NCBI GenBank assembly: GCA_025201805.1 | Contig: MU619246.1 | Location: 1-49,456 of the forward strand | Direction of reading: 5' to 3' | Source of the DNA: Parasitella parasitica NRRL 2501 | Lineage: Eukaryota > Fungi > Mucoromycota | Length of the DNA stretch: 49,456 nt | In this document: one piece after another, positions 11,105-23,208 of the stretch | Position numbering within the stretch: the stretch's first letter is position 1 | How the letters are laid out: every line of letters begins with the position of its first letter | Translations under genes and position numbers: made by a program | The notes under the pieces: model-generated | The model's database searches: none | Told to the model about the DNA's origin: nothing | Seen by the model: the letters and a program-made list of their open reading frames with translations, nothing else

Positions 11105-12679
11105 AAAAAAAAATACTAATGAAAAAAAAAAAAAAAAAAAGCTTCTCTCTTCCTCCTTATCACCCCCTTCTTTCTTTTTACTTTTCTATTCTTTCGCCCC
11201 TATTTTAATTCAACCGACTCAACGCTGAAAAGATTACATTAAAAAAAATATCGAAGAGTAGACATCTACTATGCTACTCGCATTTACAAATATACATATG
11301 TTATTATTCATCTCTCTAAAATAAAAATAAAATTGCACCTTTTTCTTTCAAATTAATTTGAGCCTGGCATCATGTTTAGATGATCAGATATGCATATCAG
11401 GCATGCACGACTGGATGTACAAACTCTTACAAAACAAATTACTAATTGGGTGTTAAATAATGCGGCTGGAAAAATGAATGGCGATTGTTTGTCGTGCCCA
11501 ACACGATACTTCATCACTTCTTCTACCTTCGCCTCGGCAACTGTTGTATTTCTGATGGTTACCCAAAAATAAATTGTTTTGTTGAGTTACCCAGAAGAAT
11601 TATTGTCGGCTACATGGTGTAATGATGGCCCCGCTCTAATAACTAAAACTGGTGTGATAAAGCACACCTTTTTATGAAGATGGATAGTACGACCGCAGGG
11701 AGTAAAGGTCGGCTAGGGAAAAAAAATTAGTTGTAATATGTATCCGTTTCGGGACAAAGACGAAAGTCAATTCTGTATTTCTAAGTTTTCAAAAAATATG
11801 ATGCAAAATTTTGAATGAATATTTTGTTGCAGTAAAATAATTGGGATATCAGTCAAAGAGAGAGTAAGCATGTTGACAATATGTAAATGTAACAGCTTAC
11901 CTGTTTTTTTTTAAAAAAAAAAAAAAGATCTGAAACTGTTATACGGTAGAGATGGCATACAAACTAGTTTATAAAATATCGCAAATTTCGTTATTAACTT
12001 ACGATATGTAAATAAATATATGCCTTCTACAGCGAGAAAGTCTCATACTAAACCTGATACAATACGAGCCTTTTGGTAACTTGTCTAGAATCTTCATTGC
12101 TAAAAACCTTCCCTAGCAATTATTAATGTTGAATCAAATAAATGGATCTTTGGTCCTTGCAAATAAGTATCACGACGTAAAGGATGCAAACCGAAATCAA
12201 TAACTTTGAACGCAGTACTCGAAACAGTTTCGAGTCAATAAACAGCGACAATCACAGCAGAAGATATGGTATAAAAGACTATTATATAACACATAGCAAT
12301 AAGCTCCAACCTTTTACTAAGAAAGGTTGTGTAAGTTAGTAATATTCTGATAGACCATTTGAGGCAATGCTACGAATACTCTATGTAGTCGACGAAAAGC
12401 TTACAAAAATAAAATAAGAAACGAAACTGTTAGACAGCAATAAATACCACCGAAAATAGACAAATTGAAAGAAGAAAGAAGAAAGACTATTGTGAGATGT
12501 ACTATACTGTCATCGCCTAGCTACGATAAATTTAGCCTCATTAAAGCGATTTACAGTTCGTGCTGTTGCAGGCCTGCTTCGCCTCCGAGTAATAAAAATT
12601 TGTATTGATTGTGTTCATCAAGTTAATCGACCTGCGAGTGTTCTTCTAGTTTGGCCTTATTTTTCACATGAACGGCACG

Positions 12680-12832
12680 GTTGTATCCATAGAATACAAT
12701 AGGATCCGTTTTTATGGCCACCGTTACTGGATCGGATCTAATATTATAGAATACAATAGGTTACCCTTATTTTACATCCGTCATTAAGGCAACTATTGCC
12801 ATAGCAACCATTCCTATATCCGATCTAATACA
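12680..12832 (-). repeat. Inverted, two-unit copy of the dispersed repeat at 6458-6640
   Basis: The reverse complement ttagatccgatccagtaacggtggccataaaaac...tattctatggatacaac aligns with ttagatccgatcaggagcggttgccatgataac...tattctatggatacaac. Confidence 0.75.
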
Positions 12833-13522
12833 ATATAATCTTGTTTGACAGCCAAATGCCAAATATGATATGAATTGTCTTCATAGACCGATTCATGTAA
12901 ATTTAGTCAACATAAATAGATAACTTGCTCTCAACTAATAAAATCTTTTATTTTGTATCTGGTAAATTTATAGTCTTTATTGTCATATCTGCATTATAGT
13001 ACTTTGAAGTGCAGGTTTTTTACTGTAGTCTGCAGCACAAAGGCCAGTGTGTTACACAGCGTTGTTCGCTAAGCTCAGATCAAACTTGCAACCAAGGGTA
13101 TTCATCTTGTATGAATATCCACACATATTTGTTTTTAAAAACGCATTATATCTCAGTGTCAAAGTTCTCATTTATTAGTGTGTAGTTTGTATAACATTAA
13201 ATTACTTTTTACGCATTTTGACGTAAATTTTTTTGGATATAATGTCAATATCCTAGTTAAAGTACTAAAATATTTCATTTCGTTCAGCACATGTTAACAT
13301 AACAGTGTATACCGATTTGATATTCATAATTCCCACATGTTGCTAATTACTAAGAGAGACAAGATACATTTAGTATAGATATTAAGCATCTTTGCTTTCT
13401 ACTTTAATAATATGTTACATTGCTCTCACAGAAAATTATGCAACTAGGGCATTTGTTGAAACCTGATCTGTACAATAGTTTTGTGATAAGGTTACCATGA
13501 CTGCTGTAGATATAAAAGCCAC

Positions 13523-13525
<3 letters not shown>

Positions 13526-13609
<84 letters not shown>
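13526..13609 (+). repeat. 84-nt poly(A) tract just upstream of SRP40
   Basis: Direct observation. Confidence 0.95.
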
Positions 13610-13611
<2 letters not shown>

Positions 13612-13676
13612 TACTAAATTACTGCAATTGCTTTTCAAAGATTGCTTGCTATTTTTCTCTATAAACAACATCAAGC

Positions 13677-15585
13677 ATGTCGTCTCTTGACTCACTTGTC
13701 TACAAATACCTACTGGAGAATGGAAATACTGAGGCTGCTGAAGCTCTCAAAAAGAAAATCCCTTCTGTAAGATTTATTTAGAATTTTTGATACATCACCT
13801 GTCAAACTAAACAATCTGTGTTGATAACTAGGTTGAAAAGTCCAAAACTAAAAAGAGTTTGATCGCTATTTTTGAGAAATATCAGTCAAAGTAAGCTGAG
13901 CTTTTATGCAATGGGAATTGTTGGGAATTCACATTTTCATAAATTTTAGGAAAGAGTCTTCATCTTCTTCTGACGATGATTCATCTTCATCTTCATCGTC
14001 ATCGTCATCGTCATCCTCATCCTCATCTTCATCTTCATCTTCTGATAAAGAAGAAGAGGATACTCAAATGAAGGAGGCATCTTCTGATGGCAGCAGCAGC
14101 AGCGAGACTTCTGACAATGATAGCAGCGATAGTGATAGCGAATCCGAATCCATGAAAGTCGATGAAAAAGTGACTGAATCCTCAAGCTCTTCATCGTCAT
14201 CCGATTCTTCTGATGAGGAAGTCAAAAAAGAAGACAGTTCCAGCGATTCATCATCTGATGAAAAGGAAGAGGAAAAGGAAGCTAATTCTTCTAGCTCTAG
14301 CTCTAGTTCCAGCTCTAGCTCCAGCTCCAGCTCTAGCTCCAGCAGCAGTTCCAGTGACTCCTCATCTGATGAAGAAGAAGTAGAGGAGAAGAAGGTTGTC
14401 TCCTCTAGCTCCAGCTCCAGCTCTAGCTCCAGCAGTAGCTCCAGTGACTCATCATCTGATGAAGAAGAAGTAGAGGAGAAGAAGGTTATCTCTTCTAGCA
14501 GCAGCTCCAGTTCTAGCTCCAGTGATTCATCATCTGACGAAGAAGAAGAGGAAAAGGAGAAGAAGCCTGAAGCAAGCACTTCATCCAGCAGCAGCAGCAG
14601 CAGCAGCAGCAGTAGCGATTCTTCATCTGACGAAGTAGACGAAGACAAGAAATCTGAAGCAAGTGTTTCTACATCTGAAGACACTCTTGTAGAGAAAAAA
14701 GGAAATTCTGATTCCTCAAGCTCAAGCGATTCTAGCTCTGATGGTGATTCAGAATCGTCTTCCGATGAAGAGGAGGTAGAAGAAGAGAATACGGTTGATA
14801 CGGGAAATCCATCCACCACCAGTTCTAGCTCCAACTCAAGCGAAGCCCAAAGTATTAGTGGGTCTTCTGATTCCTCCAGCAGCAGCAGCAACTCCAGCGA
14901 TTCTAGTGATTCTGACTCTGATTCTGACTCTGATTCTGACTCTGATTCTGACTCTGATTCAGATTCCGCCGATTCTAGTAGCAGTGAGTCTAGCAGCAGT
15001 GATAGCGATTCTAGCAGCAGCAGTTCTAGCAGCAATGATTCTGATTCTGACAATGATTCTGAAGCTGAAGAAGACGTGAAGATGGCCGAAGCCGAATCTG
15101 TCAAGCGCAAAGCTGAGGAAGCATCAATTGACGAACCTGCAACAAAGAAATCCAACAGGTAATTGTATAAAAAATTCTTATCTCACTCATATACGCACAT
15201 CCCCTTCAAAAAAAAAAATTGTATTGATACATTGAAATTTCGTTCCCACAAAAGCAATGGCAGAAAGAATAAAAATTAAAATTTTCTCTTCTAAATTATA
15301 TCTTTTTAAAACTCTAGTGGTCTTAAGGTCAAGCGTGAAAGAGTTCAAGGCACACCTTTCCAAAGAGTCAAGCCTGAAGAAGTCGAATTTTTAGACGACC
15401 GTTTGAAGGATAATACATATGAAAGCAAGGGTGGTTCGGACGTGGCCTCATATGGCTGGAAGGCATCTCAAGATTTGATCAAGGTTCGTGGTGACAAATT
15501 CCGTGCTGAAAAAAACAAGAAGAAGAGGGGATCCTATAGAGGTGGTCAAATCTCTTTTGAGAGCCACAGTATCAAGTTTGAGTAG
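13677..15585 (+). CDS. SRP40: SRP40/Nopp140 nucleolar phosphoprotein
   Basis: LisH-like N-terminus MSSLDSLVYKYLLENGNTEAAEAL, long Ser/acidic repeats, and the C-terminal SRP40 domain PFQRV...YGWKASQDLIKVRGDKFRAEKNKKKRGSYRGGQI; three introns. Confidence 0.92.
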
Positions 15586-15899
15586 ATATAGAGCAATGCA
15601 TATTCGAGTACATTAGACTCAACAACCACACCAACACTACACAATAGTCGCATCCACGCAGAAACACTTCAAATAATAAGTTTTATTTAAAATAAAGCAG
15701 TTCTCTGATAAATAGCTTTTGTTCTCCTTAATGTTTGACTGGCTAGTAATAGCGATATCACGTTCGCCAATGCCAATGCACAGATTAGCGCAAAACCTTG
15801 CATTATTTTGTTAAACTCTGGGTACAGAACAGTATTGAATTTGAATTGAATTTAGAGGCAACCAATTTTAGATAATCAGGGTTAAATCATTTAGAAGAA

Positions 15900-16130
15900 C
15901 AGCAGCTTCTTCCAAGGCCTACGTTTTAGAAGAAATGATGATAGTACTATATCCCATTTGAGCACTTGATTAACTCGGCTGCTCCAACCTTTTGAATACA
16001 CAATCGGATTCCTTCTTGATCCTAGACTAACATTTCTCAATAGAGTTCAAGAATGTCTCCTTATTAACCAAAGTAGGTTTATCTATTTTATATCAAAACC
16101 AAGTCTTTTTATCCTTATTGATTTATCTGA
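15900..16130 (-). mobile_element. Small decayed Tc1/mariner fragment
   Basis: The minus strand reads FLNSIEKC*SRIKKE, similar to the SPFLNPIEECWSKIK motif. Boundaries are approximate. Confidence 0.4.
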
Positions 16131-16537
16131 AATGAGAAACTGTTGTAAAAAGGAGGTCCAGGCGACGGCATAGCTTGTATCTCTCCAAATGTCACGTTAT
16201 ATGTATTGCATGAATACATATGGTTTCATACTGCTCATTTTATCTATATCCGACTATCTGTTAAAGTGCTCTATGGCAAAGTCCACATGGATGTGAGTAG
16301 TAGAGGTTAAAACGCAACAAATTTATTTAGTGGCAATTTAAACCAATAGTTGGCAACAAGCAACTCAGTATCATAACTAAAAAAATATTTTATTTCCTTC
16401 AAGTCGAAAACCTTCAAATTCAGAAAGTAATAGCTGAATATTTCCCTGCATTTGAGACAGTATACATGTAATATAAACTTATTGGAGACTAATAGGACTA
16501 ATTCAAGAATAGCATAAATTTATCATATAGACGGGTA

Positions 16538-16580
16538 TGTGTGTGTGTGTGTGCGTGTGTGTGTGTGTGTGTGTGCGTGT
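16538..16580. repeat. (GT)n microsatellite, interrupted
   Basis: Direct observation; it lies just downstream of the Mga2-like stop codon. Confidence 0.9.
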
Positions 16581-16608
16581 TGAAAACAGGAGTGACATGG
16601 TATACTCT

Positions 16609-18643
16609 TCAGCGAATGGTTAAATATTGTCTTCGGAAGCCAGTAAGACCAATGATCGCATCAACCATGCCCGGATGAGAAGACACAAATTGAAAAATAA
16701 GCCATACCACCATCACTACATGGCAAGTGATTTAGTATAAACTGCATACATGTTTTGAAATGAAAAACTTACAACATAACATGGGCACCCAGAATGAGAA
16801 TAATCGCTTATCTCTTCGCTTTTTAGCCAATACGTGAACATGTTGTTCTTGCGAGTTGCTTGAGGAAGATGGTTGCCTTTGCTTGTCTTTGTCTTGATGC
16901 GAATGCTCCTCTTCAGTTAAACTTCTAGCACCCATGGCATACGCTAACGCCATGTACCAAGCAAGCGTTTGCTCTGCAGGCTCTTCTTGCTTATTAACAG
17001 CTTGGTCCTGACCAAACAGGGCCGACATGTTGGCGACCATCGTAGCAGGTCGTGGAAACTGTAATAAGTGATCTGCGATATTCTTGAGATTCAGCTCGGT
17101 AGGCTTTGCTGGAATGTTGTTCTTGATATTTTGAAGAAACGAGTTGTTATCTGTGGGCTGATTTTGGAAGTGAGAGAGTGTACGTTGCATCCAGCTCATT
17201 TCTTCTTTAGGTGCAATGCCATCATTGTCTTCATAGTCTGTAGAAGGATCAATCTCATGAACAGGCTGAGCATCTAGGATTTCATCTGCTGAATAAGACG
17301 TACTTTCTCCGTGATTTAAATATTGAATTGAAGGTGTATTCTGTTGATACAGTTGCAACTGTGTTTGTCTATTGCGACGATAGGCAAGTCCTTCATAAGC
17401 AGGCTGGTGATCATCAACAGAGGATATGGACTCTCCAGAATCAGACAACCAAAAAGATGATTGTTGACGCCATCTGGTATCAGCTTGCTGGCCCTCGTTG
17501 TCAATATCACTAAGCCAAACACTGCTTGTATCATCCAAATCAGTTTCATCTTCTGCAAATGACGTGTCGACATCAGCACTCATGACTGAAGAACTATCTT
17601 GAATGGTGTCAGAGTATTCGTCTTCTTCGATCAAGGGAATGTGATTCCACAGAGTGCTCTTGATGGAGCTATTTTTAGTTAAATGTAAAGGTTTTTTGTT
17701 CCATCGATTCGAGATATCTGGATCAGCAGAACCCTTGCCTAGCAAGACACGTACGACCTGCTCATGATTATGCCAGGCACTATAATGCAAAGCAGTATAC
17801 CCATTTTTATCAGTAGCATTTACATCACACCCAAATTCTATAAGAGCCTCTGTGAGTTTGGAAAATCCAAGCATAGCAGCTAAATGAAGCATTGTGTGGC
17901 CCTGAGCACTCGTCAATGACACATCGGCAGATACAACATCGCGAAAAGTGCGCATAACTTGCAAGACTTGAATAATATGATGCTCCAGACTCATCTGAGA
18001 GCTTTGCTGCTGTTTGCCGTTGTTGTTGTTACTGCTGCCTTGATTACTATCGGCGTTTCCACCACCTTGTACAATACGCATCGCAATGTCTCGGGCATCC
18101 TCTACTTTACCAGTCATTTTAAGACCTACAACTTGCAGAGCTAATTCCATAAGAGCACGATCGTTTTCGTTATAATATGTGAATAGCGTTACATCTTGGC
18201 TATCGACAACTAGAGGATATTCTTTGAAGGAGACAACCACCGTGCCAGCATCAGCAGCAGGAGGTAAAATGCAAACCAGTGTGTTTGGAGACCAGTAATG
18301 AGTGCTAGAAGCAGCAACATCGCCAAACATACAAGTCAAGCCTGAACGGAAACCACTGCCTAATAATGTCACTTCAACACCACCAAATGTAGGACCCTCA
18401 TTTGGAATCAAACGTTGTAGCATGGGCCTTTCCGCAGTAACAGCCAAAGTTGAAGGAGCTGGAGACGTTGCTTGTTCTGTTGCATTTGACATAAAGGGCG
18501 ACGTATTAGCAGTTACCATGGGCGATTCCAAAGACGTGTGAGGACTTCGAGCATCTACAGAAACAGACGGCGGACGAGGTTGAATATTATACTGTTGCGC
18601 ATTGAACCGCTGCTGCTGCTGTAAATGTAGCTGCTGCTGCTGT

Positions 18644-18675
<32 letters not shown>

Positions 18676-20301
18676 AAATGCACTCAAGTTGTGTCTTGGG
18701 TCTAGCAGGCTCGATGTAGAGCTCGCGGGCTTTTCAGTATCTGTACGCAGACGCTTTCTACCTGCCTTGATCTTGTTTGACTTGTGGTCATCAGTTATCA
18801 TGATAGGTGGTGACATGCCTGTAGCAACTTGTTTGCCAGTGTAGTCATGCATCTCGAAATAGATGCAGAAGCCAAGTCTTTCGTTGTGGTGTCTGCAATA
18901 ACAGGTGATCCGAGTAGGTAGAATAGTATCACCAGAACCAAAATCGACCACTTCAGAGCAATTGAATAAAAGCACTTTTTGTTCTTCCACAGATATTGAT
19001 TTTTCGTCGTCTGCCGGTGTGGAATGGCTACTGCTGTCTTCTTCAGGCTTTATCTTGTTTTCCTTCCTACGCTGAGATCGCTTACGTTCCCTCTGGATGC
19101 AACCAAGACAGGTCACGACTTTTCTTGAGGGATCACTCGCACAAATGACACGGGCAGTTAGATAAAGCATTTTCTCAGGTTTAACGTTTGTTTCTAATCC
19201 TGCTACGTTGGCAATTTTGCTTCCATTAGGCGCTGCGGATAGTAAAACTTGTCGTTTCAATTTATCCTTGGCCACCATGTGTTCAGGTAGTTTAAGGTGG
19301 GACCACCACTGGGCTTTGTCCCCATCGTCTGTCACCAATTGAATACATAGTTTGACTTGTGTTTCAACACGGGACTTTGCACCTGTTTGCGGCACGCCCA
19401 AGACTCTAATTTGCATACTAAATGAAGAGTCAGTAAAATATACTTTGATTAACTATATGCGCGTTACCCAGGCAATGCTGTCTTCACAATAGCATGTTGT
19501 TCTTGCTTGTATTTCATATCACTGAGCCTACAAATGCACAAGAATAGCGGTGTTTAGAATGTATTGATTGTAAATCGTAACAAAAAGGCATGAACATGTG
19601 CAGTAATGAAGAAGAAATTTAATATTTACTGTGAGCTATTGAACTGCTGCTGAGAGGATTGCTGTCGAATCTGTTCAATGGGATACCCTGAAATATATTC
19701 TGTAAAGTTCTTTGCAAGGTTAGGGATGGCCTAACAAAAACAAAATGGTTTTAGATGCTATGATACATTTATCATACGAAAAAAAATGCTTTACATTATT
19801 GAAGCCAGACCAGAATGTTTGGTTGTTGTCATTTGAAGTAGATGAATTTGGTAAAAGTGGATCGACAAGGCTATTCAACGTATGAGGTGGTGAAGGTACA
19901 GAAGGAGGCGGTGATAAAGATGGCGAAATAGTTTGGCGAAATTGATGTTGCTGTTGCTGCTGCTGCTGCTGCTGTTGTAGTTGTAGTTGTTGTTGTTGTT
20001 GTTGTTGTTGCTGTTGTTGCTGTTGTTGCTGTTGTTGCTGTTGTTGCTGCTGCTGCTGTAGCAGATTCTGCTGTTGCTGCATAAAATATAAGGGATTATC
20101 TGGAGATAGTTGGTCCAATTTATAGAAAAAAGATTGGTCAATAAATGAAGGTTGTTGTATATTCATGGCATCATCATGAGGCTCAGAAGTCGATGAGCCA
20201 GAAGGCGAATCACAAGTCTGAAAGTGATTCTCTTCTGTATTATTACTATTATTTGTTGCAACTGAACCTGAAAGGCCCATCATTGGACTTGTAATTGACA
20301 T
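16609..20301 (-). CDS. MGA2: Mga2/Spt23-like membrane-bound transcription factor (IPT/TIG, ankyrin repeats, C-terminal TM)
   Basis: KSRVETQVK, RITCYCRHHNE, SPPIMITDDHK, IPT domain (LIPNEGPTFGGVEVTLLGSGF), ankyrins (GHTMLHLAA, GYTALHYSA) and a spliced TM DKRLFSFWVPMLC/LMVVWLIFQFV. Stop TGA at 16609-16611; N-terminal polyQ exons. Confidence 0.9.
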
Positions 20302-21735
20302 TTCACACAATGATGTAAAAAGAAAAGAAAAGAAAAGGAAAAAGGAAAAAGAAAAGCAAGTGCGAGAGAAGTAAGGAAAAGAGATGAACCAATATCCAAT
20401 CAATTTGAAGCTTGATTCAATTTTCGAAGCAAACTAAAAATTTTGTTTTCTTGCCAATGTGTTACAAACTCAACAAACGAAATGGCATATTGTAAAATAA
20501 AATCAAATCTTATCAGGGACGTTAGATAAGCTATACGTCATGTACGTTTGGAAACAAATTATCTTGCAGTATTCAGTTATATAGTAGCATAAAAACCTGT
20601 TTGGAAAATATGATCAGATCTCATTAAACGAAAATACACAGAGCAAGGACTACAAGATCATTTTAGAGTACTCAGTTCACATGAGTACACAGACCCATTT
20701 TTATATTTACCCCGGTTTATGGGGATACATAATGCCTATAATTATCCAGCATTAAAATAATATCGCTAACATTACACAGTAAATCTGTAAGATTCATTTG
20801 GTTCAGTAGGTTGAATGGCACATGCTGCACTTATTCATGCTTTTAGCTTTAAATAGTATACATTTTTAAGTAGCCTTTCGTAAAAAACACCTATTAAATC
20901 AAATCCGAAATACAATCGTTCCTGTAAAACAATTTTTTAAACTATACTTTAATAAATATAACGCATTGAGCATGTATTGCATTTAACAATAAGGCTCCTT
21001 CTGCTAACTCTCATTCTTTGTATATGCTATTTATTTATATTTGGCTAGAAACAGATAATGAACCATCTAACTTGTTGCAACAAGTATTTCAGAAACTTGG
21101 AATGGTAATACATACTGCTGAACAACGTATTGATAGATAATCGAATTGAAGTTAATGCTTTTAACAAAATCATTTTGTTTCCTAGCAACCAATTGCTTAC
21201 CCCTGATTTTTATTATTTATTTTTTTGTAGATAAGTAAATATCCAACTTTCTAATAAAAAATAGTATCATAATCAAAACCAAAAACATATGGTAGATGCA
21301 TATCAGTAATTTTCATTTGAGCTTGTTAATATTTTTTTTCGATTCCAGTATTTTATGGATTTGCAGCTGGTAGATGATACACTTCACACGAGTTTCCAAA
21401 AAAATCAACAAACGTCGGAGTTTAAATGCAAATGTCTGTCTTTCCCCTTTTTCGTCATCTCTTTGGCGGTTATGTGTCCAACTAATATAGTGTAGCAGTG
21501 ATAAAAGAGAGGCGAATAGTCTAAAATATAACAAATATGAAAGTTTAAGGTATCTGTTACATGAATATTTAGTTTTTCATATTTTTTTCATACAGTTTTT
21601 GTGACGATTTATCTTTTTTAATTCAAGTGTGTAAAATCTTAAAAATGGACATAGCAACTTTGGTATACCAAATCCGTTTGCCTCTCCATCTCCCTTTTTT
21701 TTTCCCTTTTTTTCTTTTCTTCTAAAAAAATATTT

Positions 21736-23193
21736 ATGAGCGAAAGAAAAGAAAGAACAAGCGGTGGTAACAATAGAAAAGCAAATCCGCCAACTCAACA
21801 CCAGTATCAACATCAACAGCATCCACAGCAGCAACATTTTGTTACACCCAACTCGCCCACCTATCCTCCTTATGCTACCTTTGTAGACGTTCCAACTCAA
21901 GTAATCTATGACCCAAATGACCCTAATAATACAACTTATGCATATGTTTATCCATTAAGCCCACAATTTTCGGTCCAATATTACTCAACCGATAATACAG
22001 CACGTTATGGAAGCTACCCTGGATCACCCGTAATTCATCCCCATCTTGCTGCTCATTATCACTCACCTCAAATGCATCCTTCCAGTCCTCCTTTTAGTCC
22101 TACATTGGCTTCACCTCCAACACACGCTACTTTTGTCTTGCCTCACCATCAGCAGCATTTCCCACCCTTGCATATTAGTTCGCCACTATTAAATGCTTCG
22201 TCCTCTCCTTCACAACATCAATTTATTCAACCATTGACTTTTGATTTGAAGAAGAGACAGGAACAATTGGAGCAAGAATACCATTTAACTCAGTTTCATC
22301 CTCAAAATATTTATGTTCGTGGCCTTTCCGCAACAGAAACGGATGAATCATTTTTGGAATTATGCAAAGTGTGAGTTGATTATCTTGTTAATCGCGTCAT
22401 TTTCTAACTTTATATCTAGATATGGTCCTATTAGCTCTTCAAAAGCAATCATTGATCAAAAATCAGGTGAATGTAAAGGTTATGGATTCGCCATGTTTGA
22501 AGATCAAGACCATTGCCAATCAGCAATTCAAGGATTGAATGCGGCTGGTTATCAGGCATCATTAGCCAGAGTTGGTCAAGAATCATTTAGTTCAAGATTG
22601 AGAAGTCTTCAAGACGAAAATTCTACCAATATTTACATTTCAAATTTGCCTGTTAGCATGGATGAAGAAGGGTTAGAAGACTTGTTTAAGCCTTACCAAA
22701 CAATATCGAATCGTATATTACGTGATCCACAATCGGGTATCAGTAGAGGCGTCGGATTTGCCAGGTAAGAAAATACAGTATATGTCAGTACAAACACTTA
22801 CCAGGTAACAGACTTGGCGATCGTCAATCAGCAAGCGCCATTATCGAAAAATATAATGGCCATTCCATCTCGGGATCATCCGCCCCCCTGCAGGTTCGTT
22901 TTGCGGATTCACCAGCTCAGAAAAAGCTTAAAAGCCAAACATCTTCCACGAAGAAGGTCAAGAATCAGCGTGGAGATAATGCTATCTTTCCATTTCCTAT
23001 TAGACCCATGATGCCTATTACACCAGAAACAATGCTGGGTATTGCACCTTCTTCATCAAACAGTTACTCCCGCTCCATTGTAACAACTGAACCTATACAG
23101 GATTTGTCTGACATAGATTCACTTTCTACTGCTGTCAATCATTTGGATTTGAAAGAAAAAAATAACACAAGTAGTGGTCTGGTGAGACAATAA
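21736..23193 (+). CDS. Two-RRM RNA-binding protein (RBMS/MSSP/Shep-like)
   Basis: NIYVRGL...YGPISSSKAIIDQKSGECKGYGFAMF and TNIYISNLP...RILRDPQSGISRGVGFAR; two introns; Pro/His/Gln-rich N-terminus. Confidence 0.85.
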
Positions 23194-23208
23194 ATAAACA
23201 GTGGTATA

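Noticed and set aside
11380-11520. Possible C/D snoRNA on the minus strand (GTGATGA...CTGA)
   Set aside because: No terminal stem or recognisable rRNA guide; such boxes are common by chance.
14280-14640. Regularly spaced direct repeats, superficially array-like
   Set aside because: These are coding Ser/acidic repeats of SRP40, not CRISPR; there is no CRISPR array in the window.
14064-15155. 363-aa antisense Leu/Glu/Ser ORF
   Set aside because: Shadow of the low-complexity SRP40 exon.
21313-21534. Short ORF or possible Tc1 3' remnant (SIKYWNR)
   Set aside because: Too degraded to support.
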